A stretch of DNA of 63,703 nt, counting the filler, from Polymyxa betae A26-41 (lineage: Eukaryota; Protista; Endomyxa: Phytomyxea), in the NCBI GenBank assembly GCA_003693705.1. It is 4 parts of 4 records of this genome, joined end to end, with 100 filler letters (N's around TTAATTAATTAA, not from the genome) between each part and the next. Parts side by side here need not be neighbours in the genome. Positions count along the whole stretch, not along the records: positions 30,437 to 53,977 come from RBZT01000238.1; 3 more parts are not named here. One strand, written 5' to 3'. The translations under genes were made by a program, and so were the position numbers. A model generated the notes under the pieces. That model did not search any database and had not been told where the DNA came from. It saw only the letters and a list, made by a program, of their open reading frames with translations. Shown one piece after another: positions 38,610 to 51,616 of the stretch; positions within the stretch are counted from its first letter, which is position 1; the number at the start of each line of letters is the position of its first letter.

Positions 38610-41187
38610 TAGGGGGTGACCACGGTCCCGGCTACGGCTAGCAGGCTAGAGAATCCATGATAGCCGGCTAGACGGCTATTCTCAAGTTTTGTAAAATCTC
38701 GAATTAACCGGCTCGCCGAACGATTAGCCGGCTTTCCTTTCAACCCTTCACTATCTATAATATACAATGACAGGCAATGAAAAATTTGTATTTCTTACTC
38801 ATTGAACAATTATCACAATAATTCAAGCAATCGATTCCAAGAGCGCAGCCTCATCATCATTGAGATGTTGTCCTCTTTTAAACGCGCTCTGTCCCCAACA
38901 ACATAATGGCCACTGTCAGAGAACGCCGATTCAGATGGGACCGATGAGCCCATGCACATTAATGTATCACGGGCAAGGAGTGCCACTCGAGGAAACCGCC
39001 TTTGTCCTATTGAATCCCACCATTGCATTGCAGGACATCATCACATGCATCATCAGCCGTTTTTGTGAAAGAGAAATAATCATCGACCTCATCACCGTGG
39101 TGTACAATGGAGGCTGATGGGGCTCTTGCACGCCGAGATAGCGATATAAGGTCAGAGTTGCGAGATGATGGACGCTGAACATCAACAGCATCAGCAACAT
39201 ACCCGTAATCTGTTTCAAGAATACTGCGAATCCGATCTTTCATTCGAGGAACGTCGTCGTCGATGTTTGGAATTGATGGATCCAGTGCAACACCTAGCGA
39301 GCACAAACTGCTGTTCATATATGGGTGGTAAGCTAGCAATTTCTGTTTCAAAGCTTTCGCTGCCGCATGTGAAGTCGGCGTTGTGAAACCTAGTGCATTC
39401 AGTAACACATGTTTCCATTTAACGCATTCATTACCGGTTACTGTAGTGCCATCTATAGTTCGTTGGCAATGCTCCATTAGACTCTGGTAGATTAGAGACA
39501 GCAAAGCTAGTGTGCTGTAATTGCGGCCACTGGCTTTTGTGGTGCAGTTATACGCCGGCTCTAGGAAATTTTGCATTGATTTCAAAAAAACTCTCCAGTC
39601 AAAGGCAGTCAGTGCGGTCAGTTTTTGTCGAAATGAGGGCGTGTTACCTAATGCTTCAAAGACATCTTGGAGCTCTGAACAAAACGTTAAGCGATTATAA
39701 ACTTACAATGAATTGGCTACCGTAGCAGCTGTTGATCATCAAGAACATAGAACTCCAGCGCGTCTCAACATCTAACGAAGGAACCTCACTGATAACCGAA
39801 CGGCCAAGACGGATTTGCATTGTCCTGAATTCTTCTCTCAATGCTGACGATGACCGGATTGCCTTTAGCATGGTCCGAACTAATTCCACCTCTTTCTTCA
39901 TTAACGTTTGGGCATCGATTACTGCACGATTGATGATATGGCAGACGCATCTCAAATGCCAATCTTCATTCAGGTTCAGGGAATATTTCGTGCTGAGGAC
40001 ATCGCAAACGATACGCATCGCCGGTGGCATCTCTGCTCCGCTGTCAGTAGTAATAGACCTGACTTTTGTCTGGATGTTGAAGGAGTGAATGACGTTCAGA
40101 ATAATTGCGGAGGAGGTCCATTGATTGTGTGGCGGAGGGAAATACATAAAATCTAGAACACACGAATTCATCTTCCCCTTCACATGAATCCAATGAGCAG
40201 TAACCACAAAGTATCCTCGCATCACCCGTGAAGACCAGCCTTCGGCTGTCATAGCGATTCGGCCAGGAATGCTGTCCAGTACGGACTGTAGCTTCACACG
40301 GCCGATGTCGTATGCGTCTGCAATGCCTCGGCATACAGTCGACATGCTTGGGAGCTTATAGAACTTATTCAGAGCCTTACAAAAATTCTTGGAAAGAACG
40401 TTTTTCCAAAAGCGAATGCTTGCTTGCTTGTCGTCAACAATGAACTTAATTAAAGCATCGAATATATTTTTTCGCGAATCTTCGTTTAGCTGATTATGAG
40501 CCTTTGCAAGAAATCATTACCACAACAATAATTTGATGCATGCCGATCATCACTTACAACAAGCGCAGATCCTTCAGAATTAAAATGTTGTTTGTAAGAA
40601 TCTGGCGTAAATGCATCTCCGGATGATGACATCTTATGACATTTGTCTAGATGCCTTCCCAAGGTCCCCCGTTCCCGTTGAAGAAGAGAACGATGACTTA
40701 CATCCAGTAACAGCGCAATGCCTTTTGCCAGATTTTTCATCAAGTGCGAAATGATTAACAACCCAAGAAGTCTTATGACGCCGTTTTTTGTTGGAGCGCC
40801 CAGTAGCGGATACAGTGATGGACGGAGCAGAGCTGCGTGCGCTCAATGACATTTCGATGCAATCACTATCGAGGTCACTACTGGACTCGTTGATTGGCAA
40901 GCCGCCGTTGAGGACAGGTTCGACATTGCAATCCATCAGCCGGTCGCGAAATCAAGCCAGACACAATACACTCATTTCGCATTATTTTTCATCCCGCATT
41001 ATATTTAACAATTTTCAATTTCCAAAATTTTCGATAAATCCTGAACTGAATAATCAAAATGACATAGAAAGTCTGAAGACTACTGCAGAATGATAAATCC
41101 AAAATTATAGGCCTTAGAAAACCAACAGAGGAGGGTAAATTGCTTAGCCGGCTAGCCGGAAATTAGCCGGGACCGTGGACACCCCTA
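38610..41187 (-). mobile_element. Full-length hAT (Ac-like) DNA transposon
   Basis: ~24-bp TIRs tagggggtgaccacggtcccggcta / tagccgggaccgtggacacccta; perfect 8-bp TSD acgtcctc (38602-38609, 41188-41195); subterminal tagccggcta repeats. Confidence 0.95.
38813..40936 (-). pseudogene. hAT transposase (BED finger, catalytic core, dimerisation domain), frameshifted
   Basis: SWVVNHF..C...C..LGRHL..CH; MTAEGWSS..YFVVTAHWI; ITTDSGAEM; RCVCHIIN; DVETRWSS; WW...FPRVALLARD....SSVPSESAFS. Confidence 0.93.
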
Positions 41188-41275
41188 ACGTCCTCTATTG
41201 CTATGAGATGATTGGCGCCCATTACGATGCTCTCAGCGTGCTCTGAATGTGCTGCCAGTGACCAAACCCGAAAAC

Positions 41276-43399
41276 CAACAGAGTTCTACCTCCCAATAGT
41301 GGCGTATATTGGGGCCGTCCCTGAAGGTCACTATTGCGAGGGTGTCACAACTCAGAGGACATGGGAGCGCGGCCCTTATGGGAGCGCAGCCCTTCAGTAC
41401 TCAGGGCTCTGGTACGTTCTACAGTGTAATCAAGGTCATGCCAACAAGGTCGTCCCGTCCGGCCACACTCCCATGGTTTCTGAATCCCAAAAGCGGAGGC
41501 GTCTGACCTTGGACCAGAAGCGAGAAGTGCTGCAGTATTTAGGCCAGCTAGGCGCAACACATGAGAACGCTGTCGATAAGATCGGTGTGTCACGCCCTGC
41601 TGTTTCTAAAATTCTTAATCTTGGATACTTCGTCGCTTGTCAATTGTGGTTCCAGAAAGACGGTTTTACAAACACCGCGTGTGTCATTACTCACCGATAT
41701 GGTTCATCAATGGCATATGCGATTTGATGTGGATGCGCCTGACCTCAATGTGACTGGAGAAACCTTGAAAGCCAAAGCCTTGTTCTTTCGTGACAAGATA
41801 CTGGAAGATTATGCTGATTTGATGAAGCCAGCCGATAATGTTGCGTTAAAGGCATTCGATTCCTCAAATGGATGGCTCAACAAGTACTTGAAGCGTTTCG
41901 GTACATCAAGCAGACGGAGATGCGGCGAGCATAGCTTTGTGAACCCTGAAATGGTCGAGAAACGCTTACAGCAAATTCGTGATATGCTGAAAGACGTGCC
42001 ATCCGAAAACATTTGGAACGTTGATGAATCAGCTTTACAGCATCGAACAACGTCGTCAAGATCATATTGTACTACTAACAGCGATGGACGGGGAGTCAAA
42101 ATATCTAGAGAACGCATAACCATAACTCCGATTGTCAGTGCAGCAGGAGAGAAAATCACTGTTCAAGTTATCGGGAAAAGTGCCCGGCCCCGAGCTCTTA
42201 AGAATATTGCCGACAGTAGCAAAGCTTTCGGTGCTCAAGACGATCATCAGTCAAAAGCTTGTCAGGACACTTACTCGTATATGCGTCTTTTACACAGAAT
42301 CAACAGGCTTGCGAAGAAGCGGAACAGTACGTTTTTTATTCTACAGGATGGTTGTTCTTCGCATGCTGCCGCCTCCAAAATGCTTAACCCCGAAAGCCCA
42401 AAAGATTTCGTCTACCATTTTCAGAATATCGTTATAAATTTGTTCCCTCCGAACGCAACGAATGAGTGCCAACCTTTAGACCAGGGATAATCCGCTCATT
42501 CAAGGCCGCCTTTCGACGTTTTCAGCTTGATTATCTGTTGGCCGAGAACAAAAGTTGGAGCTGTCTGGAATCATCTGATTGCAAAAAAATTCCCAATTAA
42601 TGAGCACCCTCATTTGAGAAATACGTTGAGCTGGGTGAAATCCGCTTACGATTCAATCAGTCCAGACCAGATTAAACGATGCTTTGTGAAGGCCAATTGC
42701 CTTCCGTTAACAATCAAATCGATCTTAAATCAAGAAATAGAAAGACGATCAGCATTCGCATGCGAGTCAGACGATGCTGTTTACCCGCTGGTCTCTGTGC
42801 TGGGCGAACTACTGTTTGATAATGAGCTTTCGACGAGTCTGGGCGTTGATGGGGCAAACATCTCGGAAATTGCAGAAGAGATCATAGGGATCGATGCTGA
42901 AGTTGCTACAGGTGACGATCACATCAGTAAAGAAGATATTGCTCGTGAGGTTCTAATTTCCAATAATCGGATTCCGGAGTCAGTTGAGAGTCAGGAAATC
43001 GACGATGATGAGGTCCGTCCTGTGGTCGAACTTCCTGAAGCAAATGCAGCCAAAACTTCTTTATTGGACATTTTATCATGCGACGCAGAAACTAATCAAC
43101 AGCTTCGTGAAGAGGCGATCTCGATCCTTAATCGTATTCGACGACCCCTTATCTCAAGAGAGAAAGAGCAAAAATTGCCAGCAGTAAAACAAATATCGTT
43201 GAAAGATTATTTTTATCAATAAATACATCAATTTTAAGCGGGTATGACAGATTTACATATTACGAACGGTCACTGAAGACCTCAATGTCACTATTGAATA
43301 AAAATCCTCTAACAAAACTAATGGTTCCCAAACGTTTTGTCATTATTAAGAGGATGTTATTAATAAGAGGTTTCACTATTGGGAGGTAGAACTCTGTTG
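41276..43399 (+). mobile_element. pogo-family DNA transposon with 26-bp perfect TIRs
   Basis: caacagagttctacctcccaatagtg (41276-41301) and its exact reverse complement at 43374-43399 flank a pogo transposase. Confidence 0.9.
41473..43222 (+). pseudogene. pogo/CENP-B-like transposase (HTH_psq, HTH_Tc5, DDE_1), frameshifted
   Basis: KRRRLTLDQKREVL; SNGWLNKYLKRF; IWNVDESAL; ERIT...SAAGEK..VIGKSARPR; ILQDGCSSH; FPPNAT..CQPLDQG(IIRSFK); C-terminal KQISLKDYF. Confidence 0.92.
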
Positions 43400-46300
43400 C
43401 ACTTTTTGCAGTCATAACATTGATAATACAGAGTTGTTTGAGTTAGCAATCTGAAAATCGGTACCTGAACATGTCTCAGCATCTGTGAGGATATGACTGT
43501 CTTATATCGGACGTTTTTCGCCTTTTCCTGATTTCGATATCGGGTCCTATTGGAAATTTACACTCACGATGATAATGTTACTGATTTCTGTATTTGAGTT
43601 AGCGATATGAAACTTCCTTCATGAACGTGTCTCATACGATGTTTTGCAATGGTATTCTCACATTGGACGTGTCGAGCCTTTTCCCCAGGCTCGTTATATG
43701 ATGACAGGGTCGTACTGTCCCCGCAAATCTGGCTGTCTCTCTCGATGTATGATAGATGGAACAACCACTGCGCAATCAGAATCTCTCAGGAATTAGGTTG
43801 TTGTTTGATGTTCGAAATGCTGTCCTGATCCTGCTATTGTAGAGCTGGCTATGCTGTCAAAATCGCAATTTTTGTTAGAATTTTGAATACGGAGCAAAAT
43901 ATTTTCAAATCCATCTGATGGGATGTTCGTGTTTCTCGCATCATCCCGGTTCCGAATCTCTATTCGGTGCTGTCGTAACTCAAACGCTCATCGAGTTAAC
44001 CCTACTGATCGCAAAGGCTCAACAGATATTGCATGACAGCCGCACTTTTGAAATCTCGTGATTCTGTGTAAGCTCCAACCTTTTGATAATCGTGGAAATA
44101 GTTTTATGTTATATATCAGATCTTCGAGCCTTTAAATATTCATCTCGGAGATTGAAGTTCATCGGCCAAATAGTTCATGTTGTTGAGCTCCTCTACGCCA
44201 GTCCCCGCAGATTCTCTCTATCACGCATTAAAAATTGCGAAGATGACTTTATATTTTAAAAAAATACGTTGTATTCGGATTTAGACGTCGTGCGACGAAT
44301 CCATGGAATGCTCTTATCATGCCCTATCTCCATGCCGAGCTTCAAAGGATTTGAAAAACCAAAACTTTTGTGAGCTGAAAATGGATCAGATCTCAGCAAA
44401 TCGTGATATTCATGGCATTATAGTGACGGCGCTTTGAGACTTGATATTCTGAAATTTTGTACAAACATTTTGCTGACCATGTACGTTCAGAATACATTTT
44501 CAACGGATCGTGAAATTGGGTTTTTATTGATTTCGAATTCGGATTTTGGTCTGAATCATAGAGATTTGCGCCTTGAGAAACTGAATCTTGAACTTTGACA
44601 CAATGGCAACCGCAGATCATTTGATGTCGTTTTATGCCGTTAACAACGAGTTCGGTTTTTGAAATCATGGTCCATTTCCGCCTTCGCTATAGATTCCAGA
44701 AAGAAGAGTGACTCATGCGGGCTTGTTGATTTAGAGAGTCCGGTTTTGACCATGAAGGAGTTAAGCATTGCACAAACACGTGTTTGGACATACCTGACGC
44801 AATGGTTTATTCAGATTCATGCAGTTCCGCATTAATCCAAGGTCTGTCTATCAAGCCGATTTTGTATGGAACCCTCTCTATATAGAAATGAGAACTTTCT
44901 TGGCCAACAGATGCTGTATAAGACTTGAGAGAGCGTGCGGCGGCGCTTTGGAACCGCGCAACAATGTGTGCTATGAATACGTAATCTCAGAATTTATTAT
45001 ATAAATTGAATATATTGTAGAAATCCAGGTTCGTTCAGAATGACTGTTTCTTGGAGTTTTGGTGGGTCCTGTTTAAATGTCCAGGGACTGAAAGATTGCG
45101 AAAATATGTATTTTATAATTGCAACGGACAGCTCAGATTGAGGCTGTCTTGAATCGTTCTATGAGCTGTCTATCAACCCGATTTCTGTATATAGCGCTCT
45201 ATCAAGATATCGTCCAGATTATCTGGGATAACCGATGCTGTAATATGCTACAGATAGCGCACAACGGCGCGTTGGAATCGGGAAACAATGTTTATTATGT
45301 GAATGAAATTCCAAAGTTCGTAATTGTTGACTGAATATAGTCTCTTTCTTTTAACACAATTTCGTTTCGTCTGAATAAGTCATAACGCACTCAGCTCTAT
45401 TCGATTGAACTGAAGTTGCAATGCTGATGTATTCTCTTATTTATATCGTTTTTACATGCACAGAACCGCAGACTTATCTGATTTAGAGATTGTGCTACAG
45501 GGTTCTGACATATTTTGATATTGGATTCTGCACTCTTAGGGTTTTATTACCATCAGTCACAAAAGTTCATTATCGAGCATTATCTTCGGATTGATGCAGA
45601 TTTGAATGCTTCAAGCGCACAATGTAAACCACAAGTGTGGGTACGCAATTGTTGTTTTTGTAAAAACAGCCTCGCAACCAGAGTCCGCTATAGAGTTTGA
45701 CAGACTGTAACATGGTTCAGGAACGTATTTAGACATCTCAGATTTGTCAATGCTCAGAAAACATGAGATTGGGCGAGGTATTAATCATCGGTATACGGCA
45801 GGACCACAATAATGCATCATCCTTTCGAGCCCAAGCCCATCCAAAAACATTGTTTATGTTTGAGTTACTGACTTATGTGAAGGCAACACGTCATTACTGA
45901 TCCCGATCAGCTGAAGTGCTGTTAGAATGACCACGTTTGGAAGTAACGTTACTGCGTAGGAACGCAGAATCGATTTCTGTTGAGCCGCACAAGACCGTCA
46001 ACGATAGCCACAGTAGGCGCGATGATTGCCTTCGATCAAGAGCCGAATTCTAAGCAATCGACCTGTGCTTGAGGCACATTGAAATTATATGGAGTCCAGG
46101 ATGATGAACCTTAACCGGTTCTATCATTGGTGTATGGCTCGATCACTATCATTAACAGACTCCCTTATTGGTGTCAGGGTTTATTTTAGCGCAATAAACC
46201 TTTGATTGCTGTTCTCACCACCTACTGATTCCCATCATCTCTCTGCAGTCAATTGTTCCATAACTGGGGTAGATTGCTCACACTTGAAGACAATTGCTCA

Positions 46301-46623
46301 CACCTGAGCAGAATTGCAGTGTTCGTGCAACGCGCAGCCCTCACGAATCCAAGGCGCAGCCTCGGTAATATTTATGGAGAGGTCTGGGTAGTTTATCAAG
46401 GTGAAGCCTTGCTTCCCGGTCATTTAGAGAGACGATTTGCCGCCAGATTACTTCAGCCTCCGAGATCCAGTCCAAAAACAGCGCATTTGTGCCGACTGAC
46501 GGCTCATTCTGCTATTCGTAAGTTAATCTCAGGTTAGCGTTCCCCTTTCATCACAATTACTGACACTTTGCATCCCTCACCAAATAATCTGATCTTACTG
46601 AAAACCTACGAAGCTGCGTTAGA

Positions 46624-47919
46624 ATGGACTACACGGGCCTGAAATCTGTTTCTGTGAGCTGCCTGAGCAGTGATCAGAGGAGCAACTTCGTTGACAAGGC
46701 CAAGGAAGACGAACGTCATTTGGTCCAAGCCAAGGCCGCCAATATGACTGACGTTTGAAGCAATAAAGATTCGTTTATTGTGGTAAGAAATTCACCTGAT
46801 GTTCTGACTGTGCAGACAAGTCTTAGGGTGAAGAGAGTTGCAAAAACAATTGCTGGTACCCGAACAGATGGGCAAGTAAGTTCCATGACGTTGGTAAATT
46901 GTTTGATTTCATTGTCGTTATAGATGCGGGATGGAGGTTGGCTTGTCTACACGCTAGGGAACGACTTGGTTCAAGTAGACGTCAACAATCCCTCATGTTT
47001 GGAGCAACTGACCGTGGTCAATGTTTTTCAAATGCACTATGGAAAATCCATTTTAATGTTTGATTGCTGTACTGCTTAGTTTTCCCGCCTGTGAGCTCCG
47101 AAGGGCGGGTCAGCGTCAGATGAAACAAACCCCTGCGCTCTATAATTTGAATGATCGACCATCACGCTGAGGGCGTTCGAGGAGCTGTACTGCCTCACGA
47201 CGTTTCATCCATGTACAGGATTTTTCGGTTTTTCTACCCATACTCAGGCGGGAAACTGTATGGAAAGTGTCTGACACCCTCTCACGCCGACATCGGCAGA
47301 GGCAGCGCGTCGCTGCTCTCGGCAGTGGGAAACCCTGCTTCAAGATAGGGCTGCTTTGGCGCAAACTCTCTTCCCAGACCAAGTTCGCCGTACAGGGGGG
47401 AAGAACAGGATCGGCGACATGGACACGTTCCTCGACAGCTCTGAAGACAAAGATCACAATCCCATTATCTTCATCATGCGGCCGGGGGACGTCTTATTCA
47501 TGCCCCTGTTCAATTATCACTGCGTGCTAACGGTCTGGGAAGAGCAGTTGCCAAAACAAGACCAATGGTGCGTAGTTGGCGTATGTCGGTTTGGCACACA
47601 AGAAGACATCAAGTTCCTGGCCAAGATGGTCTCACAGACAGGAGCATCGGGCATCAATAACTGCCTATGGAACGACATTTGGGATGAAGTTTGGAATCTG
47701 CACGTAAAGCTCAATCGTTCCCATGACAAGGTCAAAGATTCCGAACAAAAGCTCGAGAAGGCCCTGATGAAAGGTCAGACGTACATAACCAAAGCCAGGA
47801 GGCCAGTGATCGTGATACCGGACATGCCAGTCAAGATCATCGGCAAGAGGAGGGCCATCAAGGCGTGTCGTTTGAAAAACTTACCTGTCAGGACATATAT
47901 GATTTTTTTAATGTCATGA
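46624..47919 (+). pseudogene. JmjC-like 2-oxoglutarate/Fe(II) dioxygenase, spliced and frameshifted
   Basis: LTPSHADIG (HxD), then G...CFKIGLLW, then IMRPGDVLFMPLFNYHCVLT (distal His) and WCVVG; short gtaag introns at ~46783 and ~46876; two frameshifts between motifs. Confidence 0.65.
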
Positions 47920-47964
47920 TAATAGGTTTCGTTATAATGTAGGGGTAACAATTGTAGGTTAGCA

Positions 47965-48245
47965 GCGTGATAGAGATTTTACGTGGTCGAATTTTGCAAT
48001 GAAGTTGAATCTTAAGAAATTGCTGCATCAAACTTCCTGAATATCAGTCGACAACACGAGGATGCAATCAGATTCAATGTAATCACGTCCACTCTGTCGA
48101 GCAGACAGCGGCTCTGGGACAGAGATAACCATTGTAGCCTATATCTGCGTATGATAGAGATTCTGCGTGGCCAACGTCTACATGAAGTTGAATCTCAGCA
48201 ATGTTTTGCATCGAAGTTCCTGAATATCAGTCTATAACACGAGGA
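47965..48245. repeat. Degenerate ~100-bp direct repeat (47965-48062 / 48147-48245)
   Basis: tgatagagatt..cgtgg..atgaagttgaatct..gcatc.aa.ttcctgaatatcagtc..aacacgagga occurs twice. Confidence 0.8.
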
Positions 48246-50626
48246 ATGTGACACATGTTTTTAAGCTTCGTCAACGTTGAAACCCTAAGGTTCAAGGAAC
48301 CCACATTATCGGTGACGAAATGACAAGCAAATAACCAGTTTTAGACGAAACTGTGTATCTATGAACCCGATTGTATGTGCAATATCTCAGCTCAGAATCG
48401 ATTTTTCTCATTCTCGCTCGTGTCTTTGACATGCCTTTCACCGTTAAAACGAAAAAGCTTCAGGAACCCATACACTCGGTCCTCTTATGGAGCGTTGATA
48501 ACCTGTTTTAGGGGAAATTGTATAACAAACAGCCAGTTGTTGCACCCCGGAACCTTGAGTGCCGTGAGTTCTGTATTCCCGGGTGGGAAATTATTCCTTT
48601 GTATCCGATCGATCGACAATTCGAGCTAGTTCCGGAGACTACACTGTCAATTTTTAATGAACTCTCTACATTGTAAACTGCAACCACTGCTGGAGTGCTG
48701 TCTCATGGACCTCAGAACGCATTGGGCGAGTCTCTGACATTCGAACCAATGGTTGGTTTCAAGAACCTAGCGACCAATAAATAGGGTTAGATGGGAGCGC
48801 AGGGACGGGGACTAAAACTAGAGTAGGCTTGGGACAGGGACAAGGGAACATCACGAATTCGAAAGGCAGGATTCGGTTCAAGCGTTTGTTGAACGAACTG
48901 AAGATCAGTTCGTCCTTCCTGGGCTTTCTTTATTAGCAGATTTCAGTCACACACTGGGTAGATAAACTATCGAGGTTAACTCCTACTGTTACTGGGCCGC
49001 TCCATCGGGGCACCGATACTGACATTATCCCCCCTTTTTGGCCCTGTCCCTGGCTTGGCTGGATTGTGAGAGTGAATATTCCGATTCCTGCTTTTAATGC
49101 TTCTGTTGCGGAACCGCCGAACTGTGATACTGGTTCCCAAGTGCGGTCGTCAACATTATATCCTTTTTAATGAATTAAGAATTGTAGCTGGCTCCGGTAG
49201 TACCGTGAATCAATAATAGATTCTACTTAGGTTGCTAATCTAAATTCAAGATGACCGGTCGTGGAGATGGTTGCGTGCGACCGGGAACAACATTGCGGAT
49301 GTACGGCTCGATGAGTGAAGTGTGGAACACCGGGTGAAGACGTGATCCTTCCGGCAGGTCCAATTCATAGTTTACGGGAGTAAAGGCCCGCTTAATGAAA
49401 AAAGGTTACAACTGTCGTTCGGACAGTTTCTCGCAAGGCTGCCTCGATTCCAGGTCTCCACGCCGTTAACCCGACAAGGTCGCCGGACGGCAGGCGGGGT
49501 GAGGCTGGCGTCGCTTGTCAGCATATGTTTTATAACTGCTAACGGCGTCCTTCAGGCTCGTTGAGGCCCGGCGATGGGTTCCCCTTTAAATGATTTAAGA
49601 AGTCGGCCGACCCAGGGCTATATAAGTTTGCGACCGTACTTCAGATATCAAGGCGAGGATGACATAATTCAAGAAGGAAGGGCTAAAGCCCGTCGAGGAA
49701 TGCACCGAATTGTTGCAAGCGAACTCGGATCGTGCGACTCTGTAATGAAACAACGTAAATACTGCTCCAAAGTCTGATGACACGTTCAGTTTGACCATCT
49801 GATTGTGGGTGTCGCGACGAAGAGAGGTTTCGCAGAATTGGGAGGAGTTGAAGGAGGTATTTCCAAAAATTGTGCGACGAACTGTGGTCTTCGATCTGAA
49901 ACAATATCGTCTGGTAAACCGTGCAGCTTAAACACTTTACTGAATACTAATAACGATAAATCAGAGCTCGAACAGGATTCATTGCAAGGCACGAAATGGG
50001 CCCTTTTGGTAAACCGGTCTGCCACGAAAAGGATCGAGTACAATCAAATCCATGGATATTGACTTCCAGGGTCGCGAGGCTACCGGGAGCGGTTGAAGAA
50101 GCCCCGAGGGCTTGTGACGAGGGTTTTCTAAACGAGCTCAGGTATCACACGATCTAACGAAGCTCTCAACCATAGATTCGAACCCTGATTACCAGAATTC
50201 CCGAGAAAAACTAAGTTCGTAGGTTTTAACGATCCCTTTGTGGCCAGCAAGCGGAGTGTCGTGAACAGGCCTGTAAAATCGTTCATCGTTTGGAGTCGTA
50301 ACGAACAACTTCGCGTCCCTTGCAATACAGGACTCCGCCGCCCATTGACAAATCGACCAGATTCTCAGCAGGAAAATTCAAGGAAGAATCTATAGCGGAC
50401 AACTCTGAATCGACCGAGTCTATAGGCTTAGCGATTCTCATGCTGTAGATGAAGATCGAAGACGAACAGAATTGGGCGATTGTTGACCGGACCAGACTTA
50501 TCGGAGTAGTGATCTGCTCGCCGTGATAAAGCGTCCGGTTCAATTGACTGAGAGCCGGCTCGGCGTTTGCTGTGGAAGGAAAATTCTTGGAGAAAAATGG
50601 TCCTGACGACGGTTAAGTAACTCCGT

Positions 50627-50750
50627 GGATGTGAACCATTCGAGATTCTTATGGTCACTCCAAACGATAATTTTAGGTATCCGGACGAGGATGTGAACCA
50701 TTCGAGATTCTTATGGTCACTCCAAACGATAATTTTAGGTATCCGGACGA
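50627..50750. repeat. Perfect 62-bp tandem duplication
   Basis: 50627-50688 is identical to 50689-50750. Confidence 0.95.
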
Positions 50751-51095
50751 GAGAGCGAGCCACAAGTTAGGCGAACGAGGAACAGATACCGCTATTGACG
50801 GCCACGAAGATAATATATGACAAGACACCCCTATGAAATTTCTGCGGCTAGGTCCGTGGCGCAGTCCGGACCCCAGCCGCCACGAGGGAGGGAGACCAAG
50901 CTCTCCCGACCTCTAGACTCTCACTCTTCTATCTCGCGTGCATTTGCCCCGTAGCCAACCAAGCCTAACCAAAAGGAATTGAATACCGATAAGCCGAGTA
51001 GTAAAAAAACAACCGGGGAAAGGGCTGAGAAGATTCTCGAAACGAACGAGATCTTCGGCCCTTCCGGCCTTTCCACCCAACCGAAGTGAGACACC
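50735..51095. mobile_element. ~360-bp non-coding insertion into the gypsy RNase H
   Basis: Interrupts ...SATTPI|IVWSDHKNL; flanked by aatt (50731-50734, 51096-51099). Confidence 0.6.
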
Positions 51096-51392
51096 AATTG
51101 GTGTGGTAGCGCTATTTAAATAATGACGCCATGTCTGGAAAGCTGTCACGATGGCAAGGAGCTCTGTCAAAACTTCGTAATTCAGCTCGGCGGGGGTAAA
51201 TTTTCTGGAGTAGTAGGCTACTGTGTAATCGCCATCTGGGTGGTCTGTGAAATGATCGACGCAATGGCGAAATCCGAGTCATCTGCTTCTATAATGATGG
51301 GAAGATTAGGGGCGAATGTTGCCAATACTGGAGCAGATGTAGACACCTCTTTTAACGTACGAAATGCTTGGTCTGCTGTAAGATCCCAAGTG

Positions 51393-51616
51393 TCCAATGT
51401 TTCTTAGGCTTTGCTAATTTTTATCGACAGTTTATTGCCAATTTCGCGAAGATATACATGCCCCTGTATTCATTGACTAGCTGGACTATCGATTGTCAAC
51501 AATCGTTCGAAAAACTGAAGAACGCTTTCATTTCCGCCCCGTCTTAACTACATATGACCCCTCTTTACCCTTTGTTATCGAAACCGATGCTTCTGATTTC
51601 GCTTTAGAGCCTGTTC
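51393..51616 (+). pseudogene. Ty3/gypsy RT-connection/RNase H fragment in opposite orientation
   Basis: QCFLGFANFYRQFIANFAKI..PL..LT..W..CQQSFEKLK..FISAP...PFVIETDASDFAL. Confidence 0.85.

Larger units (their letters stand above)
48645..51392 (-). mobile_element. Second chromoviral Ty3/gypsy element, 3' portion (RNase H, integrase, chromodomain, PPT, 3' LTR starting at 49024)
   Basis: IIEADDSDFA; TELLAIV.AF..WRHYL; WSDHKNL; DRFTKRAHF..LHGLPDDIVSDR; HPQSDGQTER; VESIIDSR..WEP; PPT aaaaagggggga followed by taa-tgtca. Distal LTR end (48645) is tentative. Confidence 0.85.
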
